From Clostridiales bacterium (GTDB lineage Bacteria; Bacillota; Clostridia; Christensenellales; CAG-314): a DNA stretch of 56,084 nucleotides. Of the stretch, positions 29,824 through 38,192 are shown piece after piece (the stretch's first letter is position 1; the number at the start of each line of letters is the position of its first letter). The stretch covers positions 11,704-67,787 of the forward strand of contig DPQS01000008.1 in assembly GCA_003537755.1 (NCBI GenBank). Direction: 5' to 3'. A program made the translations under genes and the position numbers. The notes under the pieces are model-generated. The model saw only the letters and a program-made list of their open reading frames with translations. It had not been told where the DNA came from and did not search any database.

Positions 29824-31236
29824 ATGATTCGTTATCTGTATCCGACAAAAATTAAAGAAGTGGAAAACGTTATAAACGCAGACGGTTTATTTCACAAAAA
29901 AGACTTGCAAATAGGGCTTAACGAACCGGACATTGTTAAGTTTCAGCCGAATTCCGCGATTGTGTTGGACTTCGGAAAGGAAATAAGGGGCGGCGTGCGG
30001 ATATTGACATACGAAACGCAAGACATCAAGTGCGTTCGCATTCGCATACGATTCGGAGAGTCGCTTTCGGAGTGCTTTGCCGAACTCGGTGAGAAAAATG
30101 CCACAAACGACCACTCGCCGCGCGATATCGAAGCGGATTTGTCTGCTTGGTCGGATTTGTGTTTCGGCGACACCGGATTCCGCTTTGTGCGGATCGATTC
30201 GCTGTCCGACGGGTGGTTTTGCGTAAAATCGATTGTAGCAAAGTCGTACGAACTAAACAAACAACCTATCTACTCCTATGACGGCAACGATAAGCTTGTT
30301 TCGGCCATATTCGACGCTGCCAAACGGACGATAGACTTGTGTTCAGTCGGGCAATACGTGTACGACGGTATTAAGCGCGACAGACTGGTGTGGGTAGGTG
30401 ATATGTATCCCGAGATGTTGGCTCTTACTACATTGTACGGTAGCTTCCCCGCATTGGAACGCTCGCTGAATTTTGCTAAGAAACAGTATCCTCTTCCGCA
30501 ATTTATGTACAATATGCCGACGTATTCCTTGTGGTGGATTTTGCTTGTTTGCGATTACTACGACAAAACAAGCAAGAAGGAATTTTTGTCCGACAAACTC
30601 GAGTATATGTTTGAACTGTTGAAACTTTTTGACAAAAGAATCGGCGTTGACGGCAAACTTGATTTGAACAATTGTTTTGTTGATTGGCCAAGCGTCGGCA
30701 GTGTAGACGAGTACATCGGTGCAGTATTTATAGCAATTGCGGCTTACAAAAAGGGTATTGCTTTGCTTGCAAAATTCGGATTCGATGTCAGTTCGTTTGA
30801 AATGTCGCTATCGGCATTATTCCAAAACGAGTTTGCCGTCTGCGAACTGAAACAAGTTGTCGGATTGAAATATTTTGCGCTCGGACAGATTTCCGACGAT
30901 GATTATGCTTTGCTTGTGCGTGACGGTGCGCAAGGATTTTCCACTTTTATGAGTTGGTTTATTTTGGAAGCAATAGCCTCTCGTGACAAAGCTCTTGCGG
31001 TTAAACTTATGAAAGAGTACTACAGCGGGATGTTGGCGGTAGGAGCAACAACTTTTTTTGAAGACTTCGATTTGAGGTGGTTGCAAAACTCGTCGGTGCT
31101 TGACGAATTGCCGAAACAAGGACGGAAAGATATTCACGGCGATTTCGGCGCGCATTGCTACGTGGGGTTTCGCCATAGTTTGTGCCACGGGTGGTCAAGC
31201 GGCGTGATAGCGTTTATCAAAACTCATTGTGAATGA
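29824..31236 (+). CDS. six-hairpin (alpha/alpha)6 glycoside hydrolase, GH78 alpha-L-rhamnosidase-like
   Basis: YDGIKRDRLVWVGDMYPE resembles the D-x-x-RDR-x-x-W-x-GD block of the bacterial rhamnosidase six-hairpin domain. The C-terminal HGWSSG also fits. Confidence 0.5.
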   Translation: MIRYLYPTKIKEVENVINADGLFHKKDLQIGLNEPDIVKFQPNSAIVLDFGKEIRGGVRILTYETQDIKCVRIRIRFGESLSECFAELGEKNATNDHSPRDIEADLSAWSDLCFGDTGFRFVRIDSLSDGWFCVKSIVAKSYELNKQPIYSYDGNDKLVSAIFDAAKRTIDLCSVGQYVYDGIKRDRLVWVGDMYPEMLALTTLYGSFPALERSLNFAKKQYPLPQFMYNMPTYSLWWILLVCDYYDKTSKKEFLSDKLEYMFELLKLFDKRIGVDGKLDLNNCFVDWPSVGSVDEYIGAVFIAIAAYKKGIALLAKFGFDVSSFEMSLSALFQNEFAVCELKQVVGLKYFALGQISDDDYALLVRDGAQGFSTFMSWFILEAIASRDKALAVKLMKEYYSGMLAVGATTFFEDFDLRWLQNSSVLDELPKQGRKDIHGDFGAHCYVGFRHSLCHGWSSGVIAFIKTHCE

Positions 31237-31283
31237 GTGCGTATCGCAACACATACAACAATAAAACTAAATAAATGCAACCC

Positions 31284-31328
31284 AAAGCAAGGTTTTGCAC
31301 CGATTGGCGCAGAGCCTTGCTTTTTTTA
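31284..31328 (+). terminator. intrinsic terminator closing the first glycan locus
   Basis: AAAGCAAGG (31284-31292) pairs with CCTTGCTTT (31315-31323), and the T-run continues to 31327. Confidence 0.65.
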
Positions 31329-31470
31329 TGTCTAAAAAAAGCGTAATTTCATACTTGAAGTCTGTCGGACGATAAGCACCGTCCAACAGGACTTGAACCT
31401 CGAACCAAGGAAATAAAAACCGTGAGAAAAGCTCAAAATCGTGGTGTCGCTTAACTTGTACACCCTGCTC

Positions 31471-31499
31471 TTTACATTCGTATAGATTTATGCTATAAT
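31471..31499 (+). promoter_or_regulatory. promoter of the WYL-DUF2971 operon
   Basis: TTTACA (31471-31476), 17-bp spacer, TATAAT (31494-31499). Confidence 0.55.
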
Positions 31500-31537
31500 A
31501 TGGTTAACTAAAATGGGAGAGGTATAGGAGTCGGTCG

Positions 31538-32539
31538 ATGAAGCAAGAGAAAGCGTACAAAATAAAACTCATAAAAATCCTTGAGATACTGCGCCAAGAT
31601 TCGGACGAAGACCATTACATAGAGTCCACGGAAATATTGTCCAAACTCGCCACTATGGGCATAGAGTGCGACAGGCGAACGCTGTACGGAGATATTGACG
31701 TTCTCAATGATTTCGGGTACGAAGTATTGTGCGAGAAGAACCCCGGCAAGCCGAATAAGTATTGCGTGGTGGATCGCAGCTTTGACGTCCCGGAACTTCG
31801 CATTCTTATGGACGCAGTGCAGGCATCGAGTTTTATTACACCGAGCAAAACCGAGGTCCTATTAGATAAAATAGCCGACCTTGGCGGTAGCCACCGTGCG
31901 GAACTCTTGCGGAGTAATATCGTAAAATTCAATACGACAAAGAGCGCAAACGAAAGCATTTTTTATTCGATAAGCGAAATCAACTTGGCGATAGAGAACA
32001 ATAAGAAAGTTTCGTTTGAATACTTCGACTTCAACTCAAAGCATGAGCGAGTATATAGACGAAACGGGAAACGGTATTTCGTCAATCCGCTTGCCACAAT
32101 TTATGACGATGACAACTACTACCTGATATGCTACTACGGAAGATTTGAGGGTGTGGTGCATTATCGCATAGACCGCATGGACCATGTCGAAATGGTCGTT
32201 AATCAACCTATAGACGTATATAAAGGCGAGCCGATCGATTTGAAAAGGCACAAAAAGACCTTGTTCGGAATGTTCCAAGGCGAAGAACAGTTGGTAGAGT
32301 TCCAAGCCGACGCAAGCATTTTAGATCCGATATTTGATATCTTCGGAGATAAGGTGGAAATCACCCCGGACGAGAACTGCAAACTGCGTTTCAAAGCGGC
32401 GGTGCGGTTGAGTCCAACGTTTTACGGTTGGTGCTTGTCGTTTGGAGATAAACTGCAAGTGGTCGGACCTGACGAAGTGGTAGAAAAAATAAAAGAGTAT
32501 GTTATAAATTTAGTTAAAATATATCAAGGTGATTTATGA
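31538..32539 (+). CDS. HTH-WYL-domain transcriptional regulator (BrxR/CapW-like architecture)
   Basis: AGGAG SD is present. The N-terminal winged-HTH-like region reads KLIKILEILRQDSDEDHYIESTEILSKL. The WYL-type core reads YYLICYYGRFEGVVHYRIDRM. A ~100-aa C-terminal extension follows. Confidence 0.8.
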   Translation: MKQEKAYKIKLIKILEILRQDSDEDHYIESTEILSKLATMGIECDRRTLYGDIDVLNDFGYEVLCEKNPGKPNKYCVVDRSFDVPELRILMDAVQASSFITPSKTEVLLDKIADLGGSHRAELLRSNIVKFNTTKSANESIFYSISEINLAIENNKKVSFEYFDFNSKHERVYRRNGKRYFVNPLATIYDDDNYYLICYYGRFEGVVHYRIDRMDHVEMVVNQPIDVYKGEPIDLKRHKKTLFGMFQGEEQLVEFQADASILDPIFDIFGDKVEITPDENCKLRFKAAVRLSPTFYGWCLSFGDKLQVVGPDEVVEKIKEYVINLVKIYQGDL

Positions 32540-33492
32540 CGCAGTCAAAAGAAATCAAAACTATTAACGATAAAATGAAAGGTAATACTTCCACTGTTCC
32601 AAGAACATTATTCAAATACCGTCCGTTTGATGAACACACATACGATATGCTTGAAAATGAATATTTATACTTATGTCCAGCAAAAAAATTAGACGATCCA
32701 AGTGAATGTGTGGTCTCTTTTGATGTTCAAGACTATATTGATATACAGACAAATCAACTAACAAAATATTGTGTTGAGCAAATTATGGAATCAATACGGG
32801 ACCATACAGGTGATGTGAACTTTAGACGGATCCAAAGTATCATTGCAAGCATAATGACTCCAGACGGCTTAGTAAAAAGAAATTGGTTATTGGATGCATC
32901 GTTTGAATTACAAGAACTTGCTCCGAATGCCGATATTGTTTCCTTGGTAAATATGCTTGGGAATATTCCTGAGAGTATTAATGATAAACAAGTGCGAGAG
33001 CAAATAGAGCAGTTGTTTATAAGGGCGGCAAAGGCTCGCGAACAATTTGGCGTTTGTTCATTAACAACAGAAAAAAACGACAGTGCTATGTGGAAAGATT
33101 ATGCAAATGACGGTACTGGATATTGTGTTGAATACGACTTGTTAAATTATAAATATTTAGAATTGCTGCTTCCCGTGGTTTATAATGAACAGCGTGAAAA
33201 TAATGTTTTAATGAATATCGTCTGTGATTTTATAGGTCAAATGATTATTGGCATGAGCAATGGACAAATTGATGCAGATCGTTCGAGATATTTGAGAATG
33301 TTTTTGGCGAAGGATTTAAAATGGCAATATCAAAAAGAGTGGAGATTGATTGGAAATGCTGGGCAAAAAATACAAGCGCCTTCAATTAAGGCTGTTTATT
33401 TGGGGAAAAATGTTCAAGCGGTAAATGCAAATAAAATGGAAAAATTTTGTAATGAGAATCAAATATTAATGAAAAAAAGTGGTGGAGAATAA
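32536..33492 (+). CDS. DUF2971-family protein
   Basis: ATGA overlap with the regulator's stop. Three hallmark blocks are present: LFKYRPFDEHTYDMLENEYLYLCPAKKLDDPSEC, GVCSLTTEKNDSAMWKDYANDGTGYCVEYD and KDLKWQYQKEWRLIG. The gene is very AT-rich. Confidence 0.75.
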   Translation: MTQSKEIKTINDKMKGNTSTVPRTLFKYRPFDEHTYDMLENEYLYLCPAKKLDDPSECVVSFDVQDYIDIQTNQLTKYCVEQIMESIRDHTGDVNFRRIQSIIASIMTPDGLVKRNWLLDASFELQELAPNADIVSLVNMLGNIPESINDKQVREQIEQLFIRAAKAREQFGVCSLTTEKNDSAMWKDYANDGTGYCVEYDLLNYKYLELLLPVVYNEQRENNVLMNIVCDFIGQMIIGMSNGQIDADRSRYLRMFLAKDLKWQYQKEWRLIGNAGQKIQAPSIKAVYLGKNVQAVNANKMEKFCNENQILMKKSGGE

Positions 33493-33496
33493 ATCT

Positions 33497-34372
33497 ATGA
33501 CAATCGCAGATATTATTCAAATTATTTTAGGGGTACTGTCGCTAATAGCAACGGTTGCGGTATCGATTGTTATTGCTCGTGTAGAAACTAAAAGGGCAAA
33601 GAGACAGCATACGGAAGCAATACAGCAGCAAGTCAAAGAGTTTGTGATGGACAATGAGTCGGAGATAGATTATTTGCCATTATGCGTCTTTGCGAATGCA
33701 GTATCGCCGTATGCGGCAAATAAACGGCAAATATATAACCGTTTCAATAGGTGTACGGAAGAAGTCCAAATTGAAATACTGCGCCACCAAAATATTCCGA
33801 TTGGACTAATTAAGGATAAGAACGTTCTTGATAAATGTCTCGATTCCTTCGATGAACAGGCATTGGAAACCGAACTATGGGAAAGGTCGTGGCTTTATGA
33901 CGGCGGGAAGTATTTCCACAGAGCGATTGACTATTATAGGGAAATGGCGGTAGATGATGACAATCCTCACATTTTCGAGATACCAAGACTTAATGAGTCG
34001 CTCGCAAAGGCATTCCCGGACTTCAAGGCGGACTTAACTCTTTATATGGATAGATACTTGGAATTTGTTCTTCGTGATCAAGACGATACGAAAGACTTGC
34101 CAGAAAAACTTCCGCAAATTCCGCCCTTTACAGCTATAGATAGTTTTGTGGGAGTTGGCAACTGTGATGAGCCGACATTGTGTTTTTGGATGATGCGGTT
34201 CATTACAAGCGGTTGTTTGGCATTTTGGCATCATAAATTGGTTGCCGACCGTGATGCCGATTGGAGACAATTGAACATCGGAGATGGTGTGATAGAAACA
34301 TACGAAGATATGTATTACGATACATTGATGATGCTATACACGACTTATGCTAATATTAAGGAGGAAAATTGA
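33497..34372 (+). CDS. membrane-anchored protein of unknown function (one N-terminal TM helix plus a ~265-aa acidic domain)
   Basis: GGTGGAG SD precedes ATG 33497, 4 nt after the upstream stop. The TM helix reads IIQIILGVLSLIATVAVSIVIA. No recognisable domain. Confidence 0.65.
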   Translation: MTIADIIQIILGVLSLIATVAVSIVIARVETKRAKRQHTEAIQQQVKEFVMDNESEIDYLPLCVFANAVSPYAANKRQIYNRFNRCTEEVQIEILRHQNIPIGLIKDKNVLDKCLDSFDEQALETELWERSWLYDGGKYFHRAIDYYREMAVDDDNPHIFEIPRLNESLAKAFPDFKADLTLYMDRYLEFVLRDQDDTKDLPEKLPQIPPFTAIDSFVGVGNCDEPTLCFWMMRFITSGCLAFWHHKLVADRDADWRQLNIGDGVIETYEDMYYDTLMMLYTTYANIKEEN

Positions 34373-34450
34373 AGATTTTTATTGAAATAGTAACAGCTCT
34401 ATGGCAAGCCTTTTGGGGAACGATGAAAGCGTTCGGCACGGCCATTTGTT

Positions 34451-34693
34451 TTGGAACAATTATGCGGTTTAGACGATATTTCTTACAGACCCATGATGGG
34501 AGAATATATTATCTATTATCGCGGCAAAATCGTCGGCGGAATATATGACGACAGATTGCTTGTAAAGAAAACGAAATCCGCCTTGGAACTAATGCCTGCC
34601 GCCATTTGTGATTTTCCGTACGAGGGGGCGAAAGAAATGCTGCTTGTAGACAAAATCGACAACAAAGAGTTCCTTAAAAAAAAAACTATTTGA
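34451..34693 (+). pseudogene. truncated TfoX_N-domain gene fragment
   Basis: LDDISYRPMMGEYIIYYRGKIVGGIYDDRLLVKKTKSALELMP...PYEGAKEMLLVDKIDNKEFLKK matches the TfoX N-terminal domain. The usual ~15-20 N-terminal residues are missing (in-frame TGA at 34424-34426, and only a TTG start is available). The ORF ends right after an A-homopolymer. Confidence 0.6.
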
Positions 34694-34890
34694 TGCAATG
34701 TACAAAGAATTATCTTTATGGTAAAATATATTATGTAATGAGTTTACAAAAGAAAAATGCGTTTGGCTGCATTTTGCCGGAATGTCTGTGCGCCGGATGA
34801 TGGTTTTGCAATGTGCTGCAAAAACGACGATTAACAAAAGCGAGTTGAAAGTTGCAATAGATAATAAATAAAATCAAGGAGGAAAACAGA

Positions 34891-35547
34891 ATGAAAACAA
34901 TTACGGTAAAAGGGGTAGGCAACGTGCAGGTGAAGCCCGATCTTGTTGTGGTGTCGATGAATCTTGAAACAATAGACGCGGAATACGGCGCGGCAATGGA
35001 ACGTGCCGCGGGAAAAATCGAAAAGCTGGACGACGCACTCGGCAAGGTGGGCTTTGAAAAACATTCCGTCAAGACGACGAATTTCGACGTGCATACGGAA
35101 TACGACAGCGTTAAAAACAAGGACGGCAAGTATGAACGCGTTTTTCTCGGATACGAGTGCAGCCACAGGCTTAAGGTAGAGTTCGATTTCGACGTGAAAC
35201 GTCTTGCCGACGTGCTGTCCGCGCTTGCCGCATGCGATGTCGCACCCGAGTTGTCCGTTGCATTTACGGTCAAAAATCCCGAAGCCGTTTCGGCGGAGCT
35301 GTTGCGCAGTGCAACGAAAAACGCCTGCGAAAAGGCGGAAATTTTGTGTAACGCATCCGGCAGAAAACTTGGCGATTTGCTGTCTATCGACTACAACTGG
35401 GGCGAACTTAACGTGTATTCTGATACGGGATACGGTGTAGAACGCGCATGCCTTATGAAGGCAAGTCCGTCGTTGCAAAACATCGACATAGAGCCCGACG
35501 ACATCGATACGAGAGATTCTGCCACATTTGTTTGGGAAATCGCCTGA
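34891..35547 (+). CDS. SIMPL/DUF541-domain protein
   Basis: AAGGAGG SD is present. MKTITVKGVGNVQVKPDLVVVSMNLE... and the ~218-aa length are typical of SIMPL (DUF541) proteins. Confidence 0.7.
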   Translation: MKTITVKGVGNVQVKPDLVVVSMNLETIDAEYGAAMERAAGKIEKLDDALGKVGFEKHSVKTTNFDVHTEYDSVKNKDGKYERVFLGYECSHRLKVEFDFDVKRLADVLSALAACDVAPELSVAFTVKNPEAVSAELLRSATKNACEKAEILCNASGRKLGDLLSIDYNWGELNVYSDTGYGVERACLMKASPSLQNIDIEPDDIDTRDSATFVWEIA

Positions 35548-35716
35548 CGTCACGAAAAAACGTATACGTATGCAAAAATCGTGGAAATTTTGCCGATATT
35601 TTTGCGAAAAAGCGGCAGTAAATCGTGGCTGTAAAACCGCACACATTGCCGCATGTCGGCAAAAATAAGAGAGAAAAAATGAAAGTAATTGCAAAAAAAT
35701 CTACAGGCAACGCAAT

Positions 35717-36244
35717 ATGGGTCGGCTTTTGGCTGTTCTGCTAATAATCGGCATGGTGATGATAATTGTTTCTTTGTTTATGCCGTCCGAAGAACGTGAA
35801 TCAAATGCATACTATGTGCTTGATGCATTTCTGCTTATTGTCGGTATTGTAGGAGTAATTGCGTGCCTTGTGTGGGTGCACGCCGTCAGAAGTTTGCCCA
35901 AGGTGTTGATTTCGCTTGACGACAACGACAACCTTGTGTTGTACGACGGAAGGGTGATTCCAATTGCGTGCGTGTTTAACGTGACTGCGGAAAACTACCG
36001 TTCAGGCATCTACCGCGGTTTCAAGCAGACTTCGGGCTGTATTACATTGTGTGTTACGGAAAGTTTTTGCAGCAGCAACGCGATATGCGACGGCGTTAAC
36101 CCTGACGCACATCCTGTTTACGATGAAATTGAAATCACACATGTTGCATTTTGTGAAGAAGTGCAGACTACGATTGTAAATCTTGTCCGGCAGGTTAGAA
36201 ACGGACAAAAGGCGTCGCTTCCCGAAACATACGATTTTTGCTAA
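35717..36244 (+). CDS. small membrane protein with two N-terminal TM helices, unknown function
   Basis: The TM helices read LLAVLLIIGMVMIIVSLF and AFLLIVGIVGVIACLVWV. The SD is weak, so the start is uncertain. Confidence 0.45.
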   Translation: MGRLLAVLLIIGMVMIIVSLFMPSEERESNAYYVLDAFLLIVGIVGVIACLVWVHAVRSLPKVLISLDDNDNLVLYDGRVIPIACVFNVTAENYRSGIYRGFKQTSGCITLCVTESFCSSNAICDGVNPDAHPVYDEIEITHVAFCEEVQTTIVNLVRQVRNGQKASLPETYDFC

Positions 36245-36399
36245 GCCGCCTTGGCGCAAAATCGATTGTGCCTTTGCGGGCGTGGTGCGGAAGCATGCGC
36301 AGGGCAGCAAATTTAATGTTGTCTGAATGTAATTTTGCTTGTCAAAAGGGCAACAATGATGTAAAATAAAGTCGTAAAAATTCTAAGGAGGTGTATCCT

Positions 36400-36585
36400 A
36401 TGATTACGAAGGATATGCGTATCGTTGACGTATTGCAAGTTAAGCCGCAAGCCGCTCAGGTTTTCGGAAGTTATGGTATGGGTTGCATCCATTGCCTTCT
36501 TGCGCATCAGGAAACTGTTGAAGAAGCAGCCGCAGTGCACGGCGTGGATGTAAACGAGATGCTCGCTCAACTTAACGCTCTGTAA
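36400..36585 (+). CDS. DUF1858-domain protein (hybrid-cluster-protein-associated redox disulfide domain)
   Basis: AAGGAGG SD precedes ATG 36400. MITKDMRIVDVLQVKPQAAQVFGSYGMGCIHC...ETVEEAAAVHGVDVNEMLAQLN closely matches the DUF1858 pattern. Confidence 0.8.
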   Translation: MITKDMRIVDVLQVKPQAAQVFGSYGMGCIHCLLAHQETVEEAAAVHGVDVNEMLAQLNAL

Positions 36586-36766
36586 GAGGGCGCATATCGG
36601 CACATCTTGACACTGCGTGGGTGTTCGCGCTCAACTCATGTACGTCCAAGTACACTTATTTCGCGCGTCCGCCCCTGCTGTGTCAATCTGCACCAATCTG
36701 CGCCCTCTTACACTTATGTGTAATGGATTGTGTTACCGTCTTTCACATTCGTCTGCGCCCTCTTAC
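36582..36766. repeat. small element with terminal inverted repeats, plus an extra direct copy of one arm
   Basis: GTAAGAGGGCGCA (36582-36594) is the reverse complement of TGCGCCCTCTTAC (36699-36711 and 36754-36766). Inner TTGACAC boxes lie exactly 12 nt inside both arms. The 15-mer TCTGCGCCCTCTTAC is repeated directly 55 bp apart. Confidence 0.6.
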
Positions 36767-36810
36767 GCGTAGGCGTAACGGATGTGGCAAACTGAATTGC
36801 AAAGTATAAA

Positions 36811-36840
36811 ACGGCGTGAAAAAATCACGTCGTTTTTTCT
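36811..36840 (+). terminator. intrinsic terminator
   Basis: A 9-bp stem ACGGCGTGA (36811-36819) / TCACGTCGT (36825-36833) with an A5 loop, followed by TTTTTTCTTTT. Confidence 0.7.
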
Positions 36841-36849
36841 TTTGTTGTA

Positions 36850-36878
36850 TTGACCTCGGGTGCGCGCCGTGGTATAAT
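36850..36878 (+). promoter_or_regulatory. promoter of the 36904 gene
   Basis: TTGACC (36850-36855), 17-bp spacer, TATAAT (36873-36878) with a TGG extended -10. Confidence 0.6.
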
Positions 36879-36903
36879 GTAATGCGAAGAGAGGTGTCAC
36901 GCT

Positions 36904-37377
36904 ATGGACAACAACTATTTTGAACGCGGCAAACAGGTACTGGAAGAAAACTTCGGTCACATGGTGGAAATGTGTCTTGCTTCCACGGCAAACAACAACC
37001 TGTCAATCAGGGATTTGCACGCGGTGTACATTGACGGCAAGGTGTATGTGCTAAGCCGCAACGGCAACAAACTTATGCACGACATTGCAATTTGCCCAAA
37101 CGTTGCTTTGTGCCACGGACCACATTCCATGCTTGGCACTGCACGCAGTATCGGGCACCCCGCCGAGCCGCAAAACGCGCTTATTCGCAAACGCCTTAAG
37201 CGCGAGTTCAGCCTGGATTACGACGAGTACGTGGACGAAAGTAACCCCGACATGCGCATTGTGGAAATCACCCTTACGCACGCCGAAACTTACACCCGTT
37301 ACCATCACTACGACATCGACTTTGTTGCGCAAACGACGGTCCGCGACCACACTCAGCCCGCGTTTATTTACCGCTGA
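36904..37377 (+). CDS. pyridoxamine 5'-phosphate oxidase-like (FMN-binding split-barrel) family protein
   Basis: The 157-aa size and general pattern (MCLASTANNNLSIRDLHAVYIDGKVYVLSR...) resemble PNPOx-like split-barrel proteins. This is a weak call. Confidence 0.45.
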   Translation: MDNNYFERGKQVLEENFGHMVEMCLASTANNNLSIRDLHAVYIDGKVYVLSRNGNKLMHDIAICPNVALCHGPHSMLGTARSIGHPAEPQNALIRKRLKREFSLDYDEYVDESNPDMRIVEITLTHAETYTRYHHYDIDFVAQTTVRDHTQPAFIYR

Positions 37378-37642
37378 TTTGTGTAGCGGTCGTAGCTCGG
37401 TTTTGTCAACAAAAAATGCATACGTAGTGCAATTTTGACGACAAAAACATTGATTTGGCAACTTGCCGAGAAGATTTCCGTTAAATGTAATTGTAAAATA
37501 AAGTCAGTAATTTTATTTAGCGCGTTTGTCGATACTTCCAACTAATGCAAAAACGCATTTGTTGCAAAAGTGCGTGGCTGCTTCCCGGTGTTTGTAGTGA
37601 GACGCGTATATTTCAATATTAGTTGTAACCAATATCGATTGT

Positions 37643-37678
37643 AAAAAAACGTCGGCAGAAAATTCTGTCGACGTTTTT
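37643..37678. terminator. bidirectional terminator (serves rnpB on the minus strand)
   Basis: A 9-bp stem CGTCGGCAG (37650-37658) / CTGTCGACG (37665-37673) is flanked by A7 upstream and T5 downstream. Confidence 0.7.
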
Positions 37679-37682
37679 AATG

Positions 37683-38018
37683 GTGTAAGAGTTCAGTCTG
37701 TAAGCCGAGTTCTGTATTAGACGGTTATCTTTCTACGGCTGTCGTTACCGACAGTCTCCAGCGAGTATGTCGAGATGCCGAGCAGGCATTTGTTCTCATT
37801 TCTTGCACCGAGTGGGGTTTACATGCACGCATTGTCACCAAAACGTGTGTGGGCTCTTACCCCGCATTTCCACCCTTACAACGCAAGCGTTGCGGTATAT
37901 TTCTGTTGCACTTTCCTTGAAGTCGCCTTCACAGGCCGTTAGCCTGCACTCTTGCTCTGTGGTGCTCGGACTTTCCTCGTAGGCTTGCGCCCACGCAACC
38001 GTCCGGCTGTCTCTTACT
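37683..38018 (-). ncRNA. rnpB: RNase P RNA, bacterial type A
   Basis: The reverse complement contains GAGGAAAGTCCGAGC, AGTGCAACAGAAA, GTAAGGGTGGAAATGCGGGGTAAGAGCCCAC, GTAAACCCCACTCGGTGCAAG and ACAGAACTCGGCTTACAG. P1 pairs GTAAGAG (5') with CTCTTAC (3'). Confidence 0.9.
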
Positions 38019-38023
38019 AAAAT

Positions 38024-38052
38024 ATTGTACAACCTTGTTTTGTTCTTGTCAA
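38024..38052 (-). promoter_or_regulatory. rnpB promoter
   Basis: On the minus strand: TTGACA (38052-38047), 17-bp spacer, TACAAT (38029-38024). Confidence 0.65.
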
Positions 38053-38192
38053 GTCGGCGCGGACAATTGTATTGTTGTTTTGGTTTTTCGCGAAGTCTAT
38101 CATTTGTTGATACCGAAAAATCGCAAAAAAAACGCCAAAGCGGTGGGCTTCGGCGTTTGTGTTTACTTTGTTTAGTTGTCGTTTGCGTTTGG

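Noticed and set aside
31376-31410. tRNA-like fragment on the minus strand (reverse complement ...GAGGTTCAAGTCCTGTTGGACGG...). It shares a 15-nt identity (AGGTTCAAGTCCTGT) with the T arm of tRNA-Pro at the left edge of the AT-rich islet, which is tempting as an att remnant.
   Set aside because: The T stem does not pair (CGAGG versus CCTGT). There is no CCA and no acceptor complement. No partner tRNA or repeat exists at the other end of the islet. About three random 15-mer matches are expected within a 56-kb window. This is not enough to call an att site.
34451-34693. A functional TfoX/Sxy-type competence regulator.
   Set aside because: Only the core of the TfoX_N domain is present. There is an in-frame stop 27 nt upstream, no ATG or SD, and premature ending after an A-homopolymer. 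I treat it as a pseudogene fragment.
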